A DNA stretch of 58,202 nt from a virus. Taxonomy: Duplodnaviria > Caudoviricetes. The stretch spans positions 1-58,202 of the IMG/VR virus record IMGVR_UViG_3300023094_000011; one strand, given 5' to 3'. This document shows, piece by piece, positions 28,381-35,854 of this stretch. Position 1 is the first letter of the stretch; every line of letters begins with the position of its first letter. The position numbers and the translations under genes are program-made. The notes under the pieces are model-generated. The model saw nothing but the letters and a program-made list of their open reading frames with translations. It was not told the DNA's origin and did no database searches.

Positions 28381-28818
28381 ATGGCAATCTCAGGAACAAT
28401 CATCGATGGCGTATTCGTACCGGACGGACAGGGGCCACGCGGGCCAGCGGGGACGAGCGGAAGCCTCGCCTACGATATCGGCGGCTTCATCCCCGGCCAG
28501 ATGCCCAGCAGTTTGCCGACCACCATCATCGTATTCGCAAGTCGATTCACGCGTGACGTGACCTTTCCTGCGGACTTCGCTAGTAGCGTTGCGGGTGGCG
28601 AGACAGCATCGACGAGTGTAATGGAGTTCGTCATTAAGAAAAATACAACCGCTATCGGTGGAATGACATTTAGCGTCTCCGACGAGGCTGTTTTCAATAC
28701 GGGCGGGCTAGAGATTGATTTCGCCCCCGGTGACCGCTTGATAATCGAAGCACCAGTGGGCGGCGATGGGGATTTAACAGACGTGTCGTTTACGTTCAAG
28801 GGGCAAGAGGTTATTTGA
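28381..28818 (+). CDS. Virion structural/fibre-associated protein
   Basis: Short GXY start, beta-rich; in the fibre cluster. Confidence 0.6.
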   Translation: MAISGTIIDGVFVPDGQGPRGPAGTSGSLAYDIGGFIPGQMPSSLPTTIIVFASRFTRDVTFPADFASSVAGGETASTSVMEFVIKKNTTAIGGMTFSVSDEAVFNTGGLEIDFAPGDRLIIEAPVGGDGDLTDVSFTFKGQEVI

Positions 28819-29264
28819 TGCTGCTCTGTGTTCAAACCTACAGGCCAATAATGGTAAGCCCTGGCACGCCACCTTCGCTCACTTTCGTTTCACAGAGCCC
28901 GCCATTCTCAGGCAGCGGCCCCGCCGATGCCTCACTTCTCATTGATGAAATGCTAGAAGGACCGGCAATGGTAATCCTGGACAATGCCACGGTTGCTATT
29001 TTTGATTTAGGCGAGGTGGCATCGTTTTCTAAAATTCAGGTTTACGCGAACGTGCCGGGGATTCTAGGATCGACGGGCGACGCCATTTTCGAGGGTAGTG
29101 AAACATCGGACTTCGCGGTCACCATCCCGCTCGGCACTGCGACCATGCCGCCCGGTTCGACGTGGACAGACATTGACGACAGCACGCCCTCCGCGCCTGT
29201 GCGCTACATCCGATTGACCGCAGTAGGGACATGGGGAGCTTCGGAAATCCGCGTGCTTTCGTAG
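28815..29264 (+). CDS. Discoidin/F5-8-like beta-sandwich protein
   Basis: IFDLGEV, FEGS, VRYIRL, SEIRV. Confidence 0.55.
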   Translation: MMLLCVQTYRPIMVSPGTPPSLTFVSQSPPFSGSGPADASLLIDEMLEGPAMVILDNATVAIFDLGEVASFSKIQVYANVPGILGSTGDAIFEGSETSDFAVTIPLGTATMPPGSTWTDIDDSTPSAPVRYIRLTAVGTWGASEIRVLS

Positions 29265-29307
29265 CGCCTTCCGCCGCAAAAAGGGCACCGACTAAAGGAC
29301 TCAAGAC

Positions 29308-31014
29308 ATGGCATATAATCTTCTCAAATTCACAAACTTCAGAGCGGTAAACCCCGACGTAGGCTACAATGCCGCCAACGGCTCGACCCTGTATGACGGG
29401 TGGGTGCAGACCCAAGGAAACGTTTACAAGGTCACGGCTGCTGATGGACTGACCAATAATGGTGGCCCTACTGCCGGAACCCCTGCCAGATCAGCCATCT
29501 CTACCGATCACCTTTTCTCCAATGGCCGCGTTACGATTCAAGCCACTGGATCGAATAATAATTTCGTTGGCCTTCGCTCAACTAGCAACGGATCAGCCAT
29601 AACCAATGCTCTGGGATTCTTTATTTTTAGCGGAAATACTATCTATAGGGCTACTATCGTAGGAGGAACTCTAACACAGAACAGCCTTGGATCATGCAAT
29701 GTCACGGGAATGGCCTTCATGAGGGTTACAGCTCAAGACGCGTCAGGCGGGACAACCGACATGACGTGTGAGTTCCTCAACTCCTCAGGGAATGTGATTG
29801 CGGGTCAAACCTATACCTACAATACAACCGCTCTCGCCGGGGCAAGTGGCTATGCCTCAACGGGAACATTTAACCTGAGCACTGCCGTTGCGAATGTCAG
29901 GATTGAAGAGTACACCCCAGGAGGCCCCATCGTGGGCGGGAGCCTAGGTTTCGAGGCCATCAGTACACCCTATTATTTCGAGGGAGCGGGCACCACGACG
30001 GCGAGCATGAGAGTCAACGGCTCAAGTGGTGGAGTTGCCACCCTGCAATATGCCTGGAAATTCCGCCCTTATGGCTCGGGCTCCTATGTCACGCAATCAA
30101 CAGGTACTCCTTCCGCTTACACCTTCACTGGACTCACAGCCGGTCAACGCTACGAAGCCTATGTCACGGTTTCGGATGGCAGCAGCACGCCCGTTGACAC
30201 GCCGATTTTCTCATTCTACACAGCAGCGGAGGTTGTGCTGTGCGTTGGAGATTCAACCACGGCCGGTGTCGGTTCAGCGGGGGGCGGCCCCTCGACTTCA
30301 TGGCCGATTTTTCTGCAAAATACCCTTGCAGCCAGCGGTTATCGCATCCTGGCTCTGAATGCGGGTGCGCCAGGCGCAACTCTCGCTAGCATGCTCGCGG
30401 GCATGATAACGGGCTCAGGCTCCTCGGCGGTTTTCAATGCGACCGTGTTGGGTCGAATCGCTACCTATGGCATCAATAAGGTTTTGATTCAGGCGGGCGC
30501 CAACAACGCGCGCAACGACACCATCGGCCTCACCAGTCGGGGCGGTACTCCCAGCACAAGCGTAGCGGCCAGCAAAGCCAGTTATAAAGCGTCACTCGTC
30601 AGTTTGAAGGCAGCGTGCGCAGCCGCTGGGGTACGGCTTGCGCTGAATTATCCGTTTTTCGTGCCCAGCGACTTAGCGAAGGGCGATGCTTTCTCAACAG
30701 GAGGATGGGAAGCCCCAGACCCTTACATCGCGGCTTATTGCGAGGCCATTGACGAAGTGCAGGACGGCACCAATGCCGGCAAACGGGTTTCTACGCCTAC
30801 CAATGGTTCCTACTCGACCTATAAGACCTATTGGACGGCGAACCCAACCGGGGGCGTGCATCCGACACCCGCCTATTATTCGCTGTACGGCAATACCTAT
30901 TTGCCCGCAGATTGGATGGCGGCGTTCAACGCTAGCGGCACAATTAAGTCCACCATCAAACCTAACCTGCGCCATCTCGGTGCTTCATTTTTGGGCTCAG
31001 GCCCCCGTCGTTAA
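29308..31014 (+). CDS. Virion-associated SGNH/GDSL esterase with FN3-like domain
   Basis: Block I VGDSTT, block II NAGAPG, block III AGANN, block V GGVHP; FTGLTAGQRYEAYV. Confidence 0.8.
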   Translation: MAYNLLKFTNFRAVNPDVGYNAANGSTLYDGWVQTQGNVYKVTAADGLTNNGGPTAGTPARSAISTDHLFSNGRVTIQATGSNNNFVGLRSTSNGSAITNALGFFIFSGNTIYRATIVGGTLTQNSLGSCNVTGMAFMRVTAQDASGGTTDMTCEFLNSSGNVIAGQTYTYNTTALAGASGYASTGTFNLSTAVANVRIEEYTPGGPIVGGSLGFEAISTPYYFEGAGTTTASMRVNGSSGGVATLQYAWKFRPYGSGSYVTQSTGTPSAYTFTGLTAGQRYEAYVTVSDGSSTPVDTPIFSFYTAAEVVLCVGDSTTAGVGSAGGGPSTSWPIFLQNTLAASGYRILALNAGAPGATLASMLAGMITGSGSSAVFNATVLGRIATYGINKVLIQAGANNARNDTIGLTSRGGTPSTSVAASKASYKASLVSLKAACAAAGVRLALNYPFFVPSDLAKGDAFSTGGWEAPDPYIAAYCEAIDEVQDGTNAGKRVSTPTNGSYSTYKTYWTANPTGGVHPTPAYYSLYGNTYLPADWMAAFNASGTIKSTIKPNLRHLGASFLGSGPRR

Positions 31015-31041
31015 TCTCAATCTCTCAAAAGGAAAAATACC

Positions 31042-31737
31042 ATGGCTCAATTCAAAAACGCACCCTACTCTGTCACATTCGAAATGAACGATACCTCTGG
31101 TGTTGCTCAGGCGGGCAAAACCGTGACCGCCACTGTTTCTAAGGATGGTGCAGCCTATGCAGCGGCGACCGGCACGGTGACCGAAATCGGCAGCGGAGAC
31201 TACATCTTCAACGGCCTGGCCGCTGATTTTAACTGCGATACCTATATGCTGAAATTCGCGGCATCGGGTTGCAGAGATACCAAAGTAGCGGGCAACACCG
31301 AATCGACTTACACGGCGCAGCGCGCGGGCTATATCGACCGTGTGAACACCGCGCTCCCCAACATCGCAGCAGGTGCAAATGGCGGGCTTCCCACAGGGGA
31401 CGCGTCCGGCAGGGTCACAGTAGGAAGCCTTGCTACTGACTCGATTACGGCAGCAGCCATCAAGGCCGACGCCGTGACGGAGATTCAAAACGGACTTGCC
31501 ACTGGTGCTGCCCAAACCGACGCGCAAACCTCACTCGATAACATCGAAGGCGCGCAGACCACAGTGCAGGACGCGCTCGACTTCCTGGTGGCCCGCAATG
31601 GCAACTGGACCAAGAATGACCCCGACGCTTTCCCCGGTGAAGGCACTGTTACCTACACGGAAGCAGAAGAGCCGATTGTTTTCGACGTGGTCTACGATGC
31701 GAACAAGAACCCTTTGTCGGTCACACGCGCCGAATAA
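31042..31737 (+). CDS. Virion structural protein
   Basis: VSKDGAAYAAATGTVTEIGSGDY; ITAAAIKADAVTEIQNGL; RBS AAGGA. Confidence 0.65.
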   Translation: MAQFKNAPYSVTFEMNDTSGVAQAGKTVTATVSKDGAAYAAATGTVTEIGSGDYIFNGLAADFNCDTYMLKFAASGCRDTKVAGNTESTYTAQRAGYIDRVNTALPNIAAGANGGLPTGDASGRVTVGSLATDSITAAAIKADAVTEIQNGLATGAAQTDAQTSLDNIEGAQTTVQDALDFLVARNGNWTKNDPDAFPGEGTVTYTEAEEPIVFDVVYDANKNPLSVTRAE

Positions 31738-31746
31738 GGAGACGCC

Positions 31747-32151
31747 ATGAGCAACTTTCTTTCCCCTGCGGCATCCCCCGCCGATGCTGATGCTGCATTC
31801 TTCGCGCTCGTCGAAGCGCCTTCGACTGAGGGACTCGTAACCATACAGGGCGATCTAGGTTTCTTCGCCACGCCCAGCGTCGGCAAGAACGTCTATTTCT
31901 TGCTGCAAAAGCCCATCGACGGCTCCCCAATTTTTATTGGCAACGAGTTGCAGGACCCCGATGGAAGGCTGGCGGTTGTAACTGGGAGCGATGGCACCTT
32001 CACTGTCTCGCTCCCGGTGCCGCCCTCTAACACCTACTGGCTGTGCCGCCCTTCTGGAATAACGGCCTTCGGTATCGATGTTAGTGAATCCGATATCGGG
32101 GAGACAGTGCAGTTGAGGGATATTTTAAGGGAGGTGGTGGCGACGCTTTAG
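31747..32151 (+). CDS. Hypothetical late protein
   Basis: RBS AGGAG; end of the late operon. Confidence 0.6.
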   Translation: MSNFLSPAASPADADAAFFALVEAPSTEGLVTIQGDLGFFATPSVGKNVYFLLQKPIDGSPIFIGNELQDPDGRLAVVTGSDGTFTVSLPVPPSNTYWLCRPSGITAFGIDVSESDIGETVQLRDILREVVATL

Positions 32152-32348
32152 GGCTCCTTTGGTTTTCGCCCACGCTTTTTCTGTCCCCGATCCCGTGCCA
32201 GCACGCACGCCATCTCAACGATAGCCGCGTGTCCCTCTGGCGTGTCCTCGGCTGAAATTTCGAGTTCGCCGTTTAGAGGCGGTGCATCGATATCACGGGT
32301 GTGGACGTAGAAACGTTCGTCAACATCTGTGATTACGTGGATTCTCAT
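32148..32348 (-). CDS. Small hypothetical protein
   Basis: ATGA overlap with the upstream HTH gene. Confidence 0.55.
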   Translation of the reverse strand: MRIHVITDVDERFYVHTRDIDAPPLNGELEISAEDTPEGHAAIVEMACVLARDRGQKKRGRKPKEP

Positions 32349-32554
32349 TTGACGATGATCTCAATTTGTCCGGCCATCCGCCGTAATTTCAGTTCGATCA
32401 TTTCGATTGCGAGGTCGAGGAAAGGCGGAATTTTAGCGATACCCTGCTCCCAATTGCGCAGCGTCCCGACATTGGGCAGTTTTAGGGCGGCGGCCATCTG
32501 AACCTGTGTGTAGCCAATATCATCGCGCCGTTGTTTCAGTTGTGCGGGTGTCAT
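32345..32554 (-). CDS. Xre-family HTH regulator (Aca-like)
   Basis: MTPAQLKQRRDDIGYTQVQMAAAL...TLRNWEQG. Confidence 0.85.
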   Translation of the reverse strand: MTPAQLKQRRDDIGYTQVQMAAALKLPNVGTLRNWEQGIAKIPPFLDLAIEMIELKLRRMAGQIEIIVK

Positions 32555-32559
32555 AAAAT
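32531..32559 (+). promoter_or_regulatory. Candidate sigma70 promoter for the first repeat-like units
   Basis: TTGTTT-17 bp-TAAAAT; predicted start ~32566. Confidence 0.35.
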
Positions 32560-32620
32560 GAGACTCGTATTATCTCCGCGTGTGCGGAGTGTCGTATGGT
32601 TCCACGCTTCGGCGGGGACG

Positions 32621-32658
32621 AAACAGCCCCAAGGGATTGCGCCCCTGGGGCTGTTTTT
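32621..32658. terminator. Bidirectional terminator-like hairpin
   Basis: AAACAGCCCCAAGGG-ATTGCG-CCCCTGGGGCTGTTTTT. Confidence 0.7.
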
Positions 32659-32665
32659 CTATCCT
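32637..32665 (+). promoter_or_regulatory. Candidate promoter for the three-repeat array
   Basis: TTGCGC-17 bp-TATCCT; predicted start ~32671, the first base of a repeat. Confidence 0.35.
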
Positions 32666-32819
32666 AATGAAAGTTCTTCGCAGGTGCGAAGGCGAATTGT
32701 GTCTACATCAGACATAGTGCATGTTTCCTGCGTGCGCAGGGATGAACCGGATTTTCTCTGGTTTAAACGCCATTCGCAGTAAAGTTCCCTACATATGTGG
32801 GGATGAACCCTCCGCTGCT

Positions 32820-33395
32820 TCAATTTAGAGTGCGTACGTTTTCGCTTCTCCAATAACGAATCCAGCGGTTACCGATCCACTTCCAGCCATCATCTGAGAT
32901 TTGCGTTGCAGAAAGACGCCGAAACCACTGGTTTGTCATGTCGTCAAACTGCCAGCCCTCGCCATCAGGGGACTCAATGCCGCCCGGGTCTTTTATTGCG
33001 TCAAATTGCTCCCACCAGTCACCAGAGCCTGCGCTCTTGAACGGTCCCACCTCGCGCGCCTGCCAGTAGTAGGACTCAATCCCTTCAATTTCACTCATTG
33101 CATCGTTTAACTTGTCGATTTCGAAATCATCGCAAATAAACATGAAATCGTCCCCGCCGCCAGTCACAATGGCAGTGCGGATAGTAGGTGCGGGCGACAC
33201 AAAACGGCAAACCCAAATTATCGCTTCATACGTCAGATTGCCTTCAGGGATTTCAGCTAAATAATCATCAGCGTCGAACCCCCATCCCTGGGAGCGGCGG
33301 TAATTGGCTACAATAGCACGTGCCACGCTAGGCAGTTCAGTTACGGGTGAATCGCCTTTGAACAGGATGCTGCACTCGAAATTTGAAACATTCAT
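32820..33395 (-). CDS. Acidic, Trp-rich hypothetical protein (anti-defence candidate)
   Basis: ATG 33395 with RBS GGAGA (alternative leaderless ATG 33440); first gene behind an operator-containing promoter. Confidence 0.7.
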   Translation of the reverse strand: MNVSNFECSILFKGDSPVTELPSVARAIVANYRRSQGWGFDADDYLAEIPEGNLTYEAIIWVCRFVSPAPTIRTAIVTGGGDDFMFICDDFEIDKLNDAMSEIEGIESYYWQAREVGPFKSAGSGDWWEQFDAIKDPGGIESPDGEGWQFDDMTNQWFRRLSATQISDDGWKWIGNRWIRYWRSENVRTLN

Positions 33396-33445
33396 TGTAT
33401 TATCTCCACTAACATTTTGTTCGCCATTGCGCGGCGACATAGATA

Positions 33446-33474
33446 ATTATATACACAATCTGTGTACCATGCAA
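33446..33474 (-). promoter_or_regulatory. Strong sigma70 promoter with palindromic operator in the spacer
   Basis: TTGCAT-17 bp-TATAAT; inverted repeat TACACA-N3-TGTGTA at 33452-33466. Confidence 0.8.
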
Positions 33475-33498
33475 GGGTATTTACAAAAAACCTGAAAT

Positions 33499-33708
33499 TT
33501 ATTTCCTCGTATCCAAAACCCACTCCCGCCCATCCGGCTCAGTCACCACAATCGCCCTCACCGGGTGTCGCCACTGCTCGATCCGCTTCAACAGGAAAAG
33601 GCCGCCATTTAGAACGATGGCGGTTACGATGACGCCAGCTAGGAAGTAGGACCAGGGGTTGGTGGTGCGTGTGGCGGGCTCGGTTGGGTTGGGGATGGGT
33701 GGAAGCAT
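33499..33708 (-). CDS. Small single-TM membrane protein
   Basis: WSYFLAGVIVTAIVLNGGLFLL. Confidence 0.55.
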   Translation of the reverse strand: MLPPIPNPTEPATRTTNPWSYFLAGVIVTAIVLNGGLFLLKRIEQWRHPVRAIVVTEPDGREWVLDTRK

Positions 33709-33741
33709 GGCGTCTTATTGATAAATGGCCTGTTTTTCTTG

Positions 33742-33769
33742 ACCTGACACAATAAGCGTTGTGAAAGGT
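33742..33769. other. dif/Xer-like tyrosine recombinase site (11-6-11)
   Basis: ACCTGACACAA-TAAGCG-TTGTGAAAGGT; arms are 9/11 inverted repeats. Confidence 0.5.
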
Positions 33770-33829
33770 TAAAGTCATTTTTGCGCTTATTTCGGGGAAT
33801 GAGCTTATTGATAATCGACCGTCTATTTA

Positions 33830-33869
33830 TTCCCACAGTTTTTTGATTTTGGACAACAAACTGTGGGAA
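33830..33869. repeat. 12-bp perfect inverted repeat downstream of rep
   Basis: TTCCCACAGTTT...AAACTGTGGGAA. Confidence 0.7.
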
Positions 33870-33878
33870 GGACCGGAC

Positions 33879-34850
33879 TTAGTGCATCCTCTCGGCTAAA
33901 GTCTCCCCTGCCCGCGCCCACTCGACCGGCGCCTGTTTCGAGAGGTAATCTTTTTTCTGCGACACGAATTCAAAGCCCGCAATGCATATTTCAAGCTTCT
34001 CGCGGCGTAGAGGTTCCATAAGGGCGAGACACGCCGCGACTTGGGCAGTAGCGCGGGCGCGCAGCTCATCAATGGACAGCCTAGGGGCATCCTCATGGTA
34101 ATCGGCGCGCGATCCCGCATTTTGCACGTCAGGCGCTTCGACCGGCGCCGGGGCCATCGGTAACAAGCTGGGGTCTTTGAGCCGAGTAATAAGAAGCCCT
34201 ACCCCGCGAAGATTAAGCTTGTTCACAGTCTCCCACCACGCAATCACGCGCGGCACGTCCGGCCCAGCGTACTTAAGAGCATCACGCGCCGTGAGCCTCG
34301 CACCTATCAACATCTGGCGCCACTGTTCCATTTCCTCTGCGCTGCGTCCATCAATATCGGTGGCATCCAAAACGGGCGAAGAATTCGCATCTTCAACAAC
34401 GCCGTTGTCTGTTTCGTTTTGCATTGAGTCCACCTCCACTGTTTTGTGGCTCTCTTTGAGCGACGGTCCCGGCTCAGCTTTGACCGGGGATGGGGGGTCA
34501 ATTTGTTTAAAGAAATAGCCGTTTGAGGTCTGGCGCATCTTGCCGCGTTTCGTAGGTTCAAAGCGGGGATTCCATCCAACCAGTTCGGCGTCAGCGAGAG
34601 ATTTGAGGGCACGCTTCACCGTCGCCACGCTCAAGCCGGTATCGGCGGCGAGAATCTCATGCGACGGCCACGCAGTAGGGTTACGGCCCATACGGGCGAC
34701 CAGGGCGGTATAAACCTTGAAGGGGGACGGTTTGAGTTTGGCGCCGTGAGTGCGCAGCCACTGCACATTGAGGCGAATGTGCGCTTTGGTGGGGGGGGAA
34801 GGTTGAGCGGGTGTTGACGCCACAGATGGCGCTACGGTAAGATTGGACAT
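33879..34850 (-). CDS. Winged-HTH replication initiator (plasmid Rep candidate)
   Basis: FKVYTAL...AWPSHEILAADTGLSVATVKRALKSL...TSNGY (HTH_36-like). Confidence 0.75.
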   Translation of the reverse strand: MSNLTVAPSVASTPAQPSPPTKAHIRLNVQWLRTHGAKLKPSPFKVYTALVARMGRNPTAWPSHEILAADTGLSVATVKRALKSLADAELVGWNPRFEPTKRGKMRQTSNGYFFKQIDPPSPVKAEPGPSLKESHKTVEVDSMQNETDNGVVEDANSSPVLDATDIDGRSAEEMEQWRQMLIGARLTARDALKYAGPDVPRVIAWWETVNKLNLRGVGLLITRLKDPSLLPMAPAPVEAPDVQNAGSRADYHEDAPRLSIDELRARATAQVAACLALMEPLRREKLEICIAGFEFVSQKKDYLSKQAPVEWARAGETLAERMH

Positions 34851-34971
34851 AGTGGTTTTCTACGCGGGTAACCGCGTCGTTAACAGAAGGGGTCTAACTT
34901 TTGCGGGAAAGTCCCTTCAAACTGAAAGTTGTGTAAAAGCCTGTTTCCCCTGCAAGGGAAACGGGCTTTTT
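34850..34971 (+). ncRNA. Candidate antisense copy-control RNA opposite the rep leader
   Basis: Promoter TTGACG-18 bp-TAAGAT (34814-34843); terminator hairpin 34935-34971. Confidence 0.45.
34935..34971. terminator. Bidirectional terminator
   Basis: AAAAGCCTGTTTCCC-CTGCAA-GGGAAACGGGCTTTTT. Confidence 0.75.
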
Positions 34972-34987
34972 GCATTTACGGCTATTT

Positions 34988-35137
34988 CTATTGCGGCAAT
35001 TCGCTGCGAGAGATTAACCATGCGCGCCCGATTTTAGAGCCTTTTAAACGGCCCTCTCTCAACCACTTGCGAACCGTATACGGCGTGGTTTTCAAGAATT
35101 TTGCGGCTTCATCAACGGTTAAGAGTTCAGTGGTCAT
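34988..35137 (-). CDS. Xis-like HTH_17 DNA-binding protein (49 aa, not in the ORF track)
   Basis: MTTELLTVDEAAKFLKTTPYTVRKWLREGRLKGSKIGRAWLISRSELPQ; RBS GGAG. Confidence 0.85.
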   Translation of the reverse strand: MTTELLTVDEAAKFLKTTPYTVRKWLREGRLKGSKIGRAWLISRSELPQ

Positions 35138-35473
35138 TGTTACTAATCACTCCACAACGGATGATAACATTAGACAACCCTAATTGGCAAATTAGTTTTC
35201 CATGCTTGTGAATTGTCAAGTCCCACATACGCCATTCAGCGCCACTCTATCAGCACCCTACCCCTCGCTGAAAACAGGGCGAAACCCTTGATTACTTCGC
35301 TTTCATCGCGTCGAGTGAAGAAGGGTAAGCTTTTAACGCAATTTTAATACTTCTTGAAGACATTTGAGCGACAAAGCTATGCAAATCGGTGGATTAGAAA
35401 TTTCTTAGAAGTAAATTAGTGTTTTTTATTACTGTATAATCCATCACTCATTACGATTACAAAAGGAATTTCG

Positions 35474-35854
35474 ATGCGCGAGGTTGAATGCGTAGTAGCG
35501 TCATATGCACAGATGCGGGATTCCTTGGAATCTGCAATTGATTCTGCAATGGTCGCAGAGTTTTACGAGTGGGTTTCGTCGTCACATGAACAGGCTGAAC
35601 ATCAGCTAACCCTGTTGCGTGCCCAGCGGAATCTCCTTTTTCAGCAGCTTTCGGTACGTAACGAATGCCCCTCCAGTGAGGCGTGGTTGAACGTGAATGC
35701 CCTGATCGGGTGGGCAGAAGAAAGGCACGCGATGTTCGATGGTTACGCCTATGAAATCACGAGCCTCGATAAAGAAACGCTCGATTTAGATCATCCTGGC
35801 GCGGCTTCATTGTGGTTGCGATTTTTGGCTAGTAAGGTTATTTTGCGGGACTAG
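35474..35854 (+). CDS. Hypothetical protein
   Basis: RBS AAGGA; TGTATAAT upstream (~35433-35440). Confidence 0.6.
   Translation: MREVECVVASYAQMRDSLESAIDSAMVAEFYEWVSSSHEQAEHQLTLLRAQRNLLFQQLSVRNECPSSEAWLNVNALIGWAEERHAMFDGYAYEITSLDKETLDLDHPGAASLWLRFLASKVILRD

Larger units (their letters stand above)
32569..32810 (+). CRISPR. Degenerate type I-E-like mini-array/solitary repeat cluster, no cas genes
   Basis: Best units ATGTTTCCTGCGTGCGCAGGGATGAACCG (32721-32749) and AAGTTCCCTACATATGTGGGGATGAACCC (32782-32810) flank a 32-nt spacer; weaker units at 32671-32699, 32597-32625 and ~32569-32597. Confidence 0.75.

Noticed and set aside
21898-32151. Diversity-generating retroelement or invertible tail-fibre cassette
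   Set aside because: No reverse transcriptase, invertase or template/variable repeat pair was recognised
34988-35137. Xis-like gene as evidence for an integration module
   Set aside because: No adjacent integrase; HTH_17 proteins are often simple regulators, and this one sits upstream of rep
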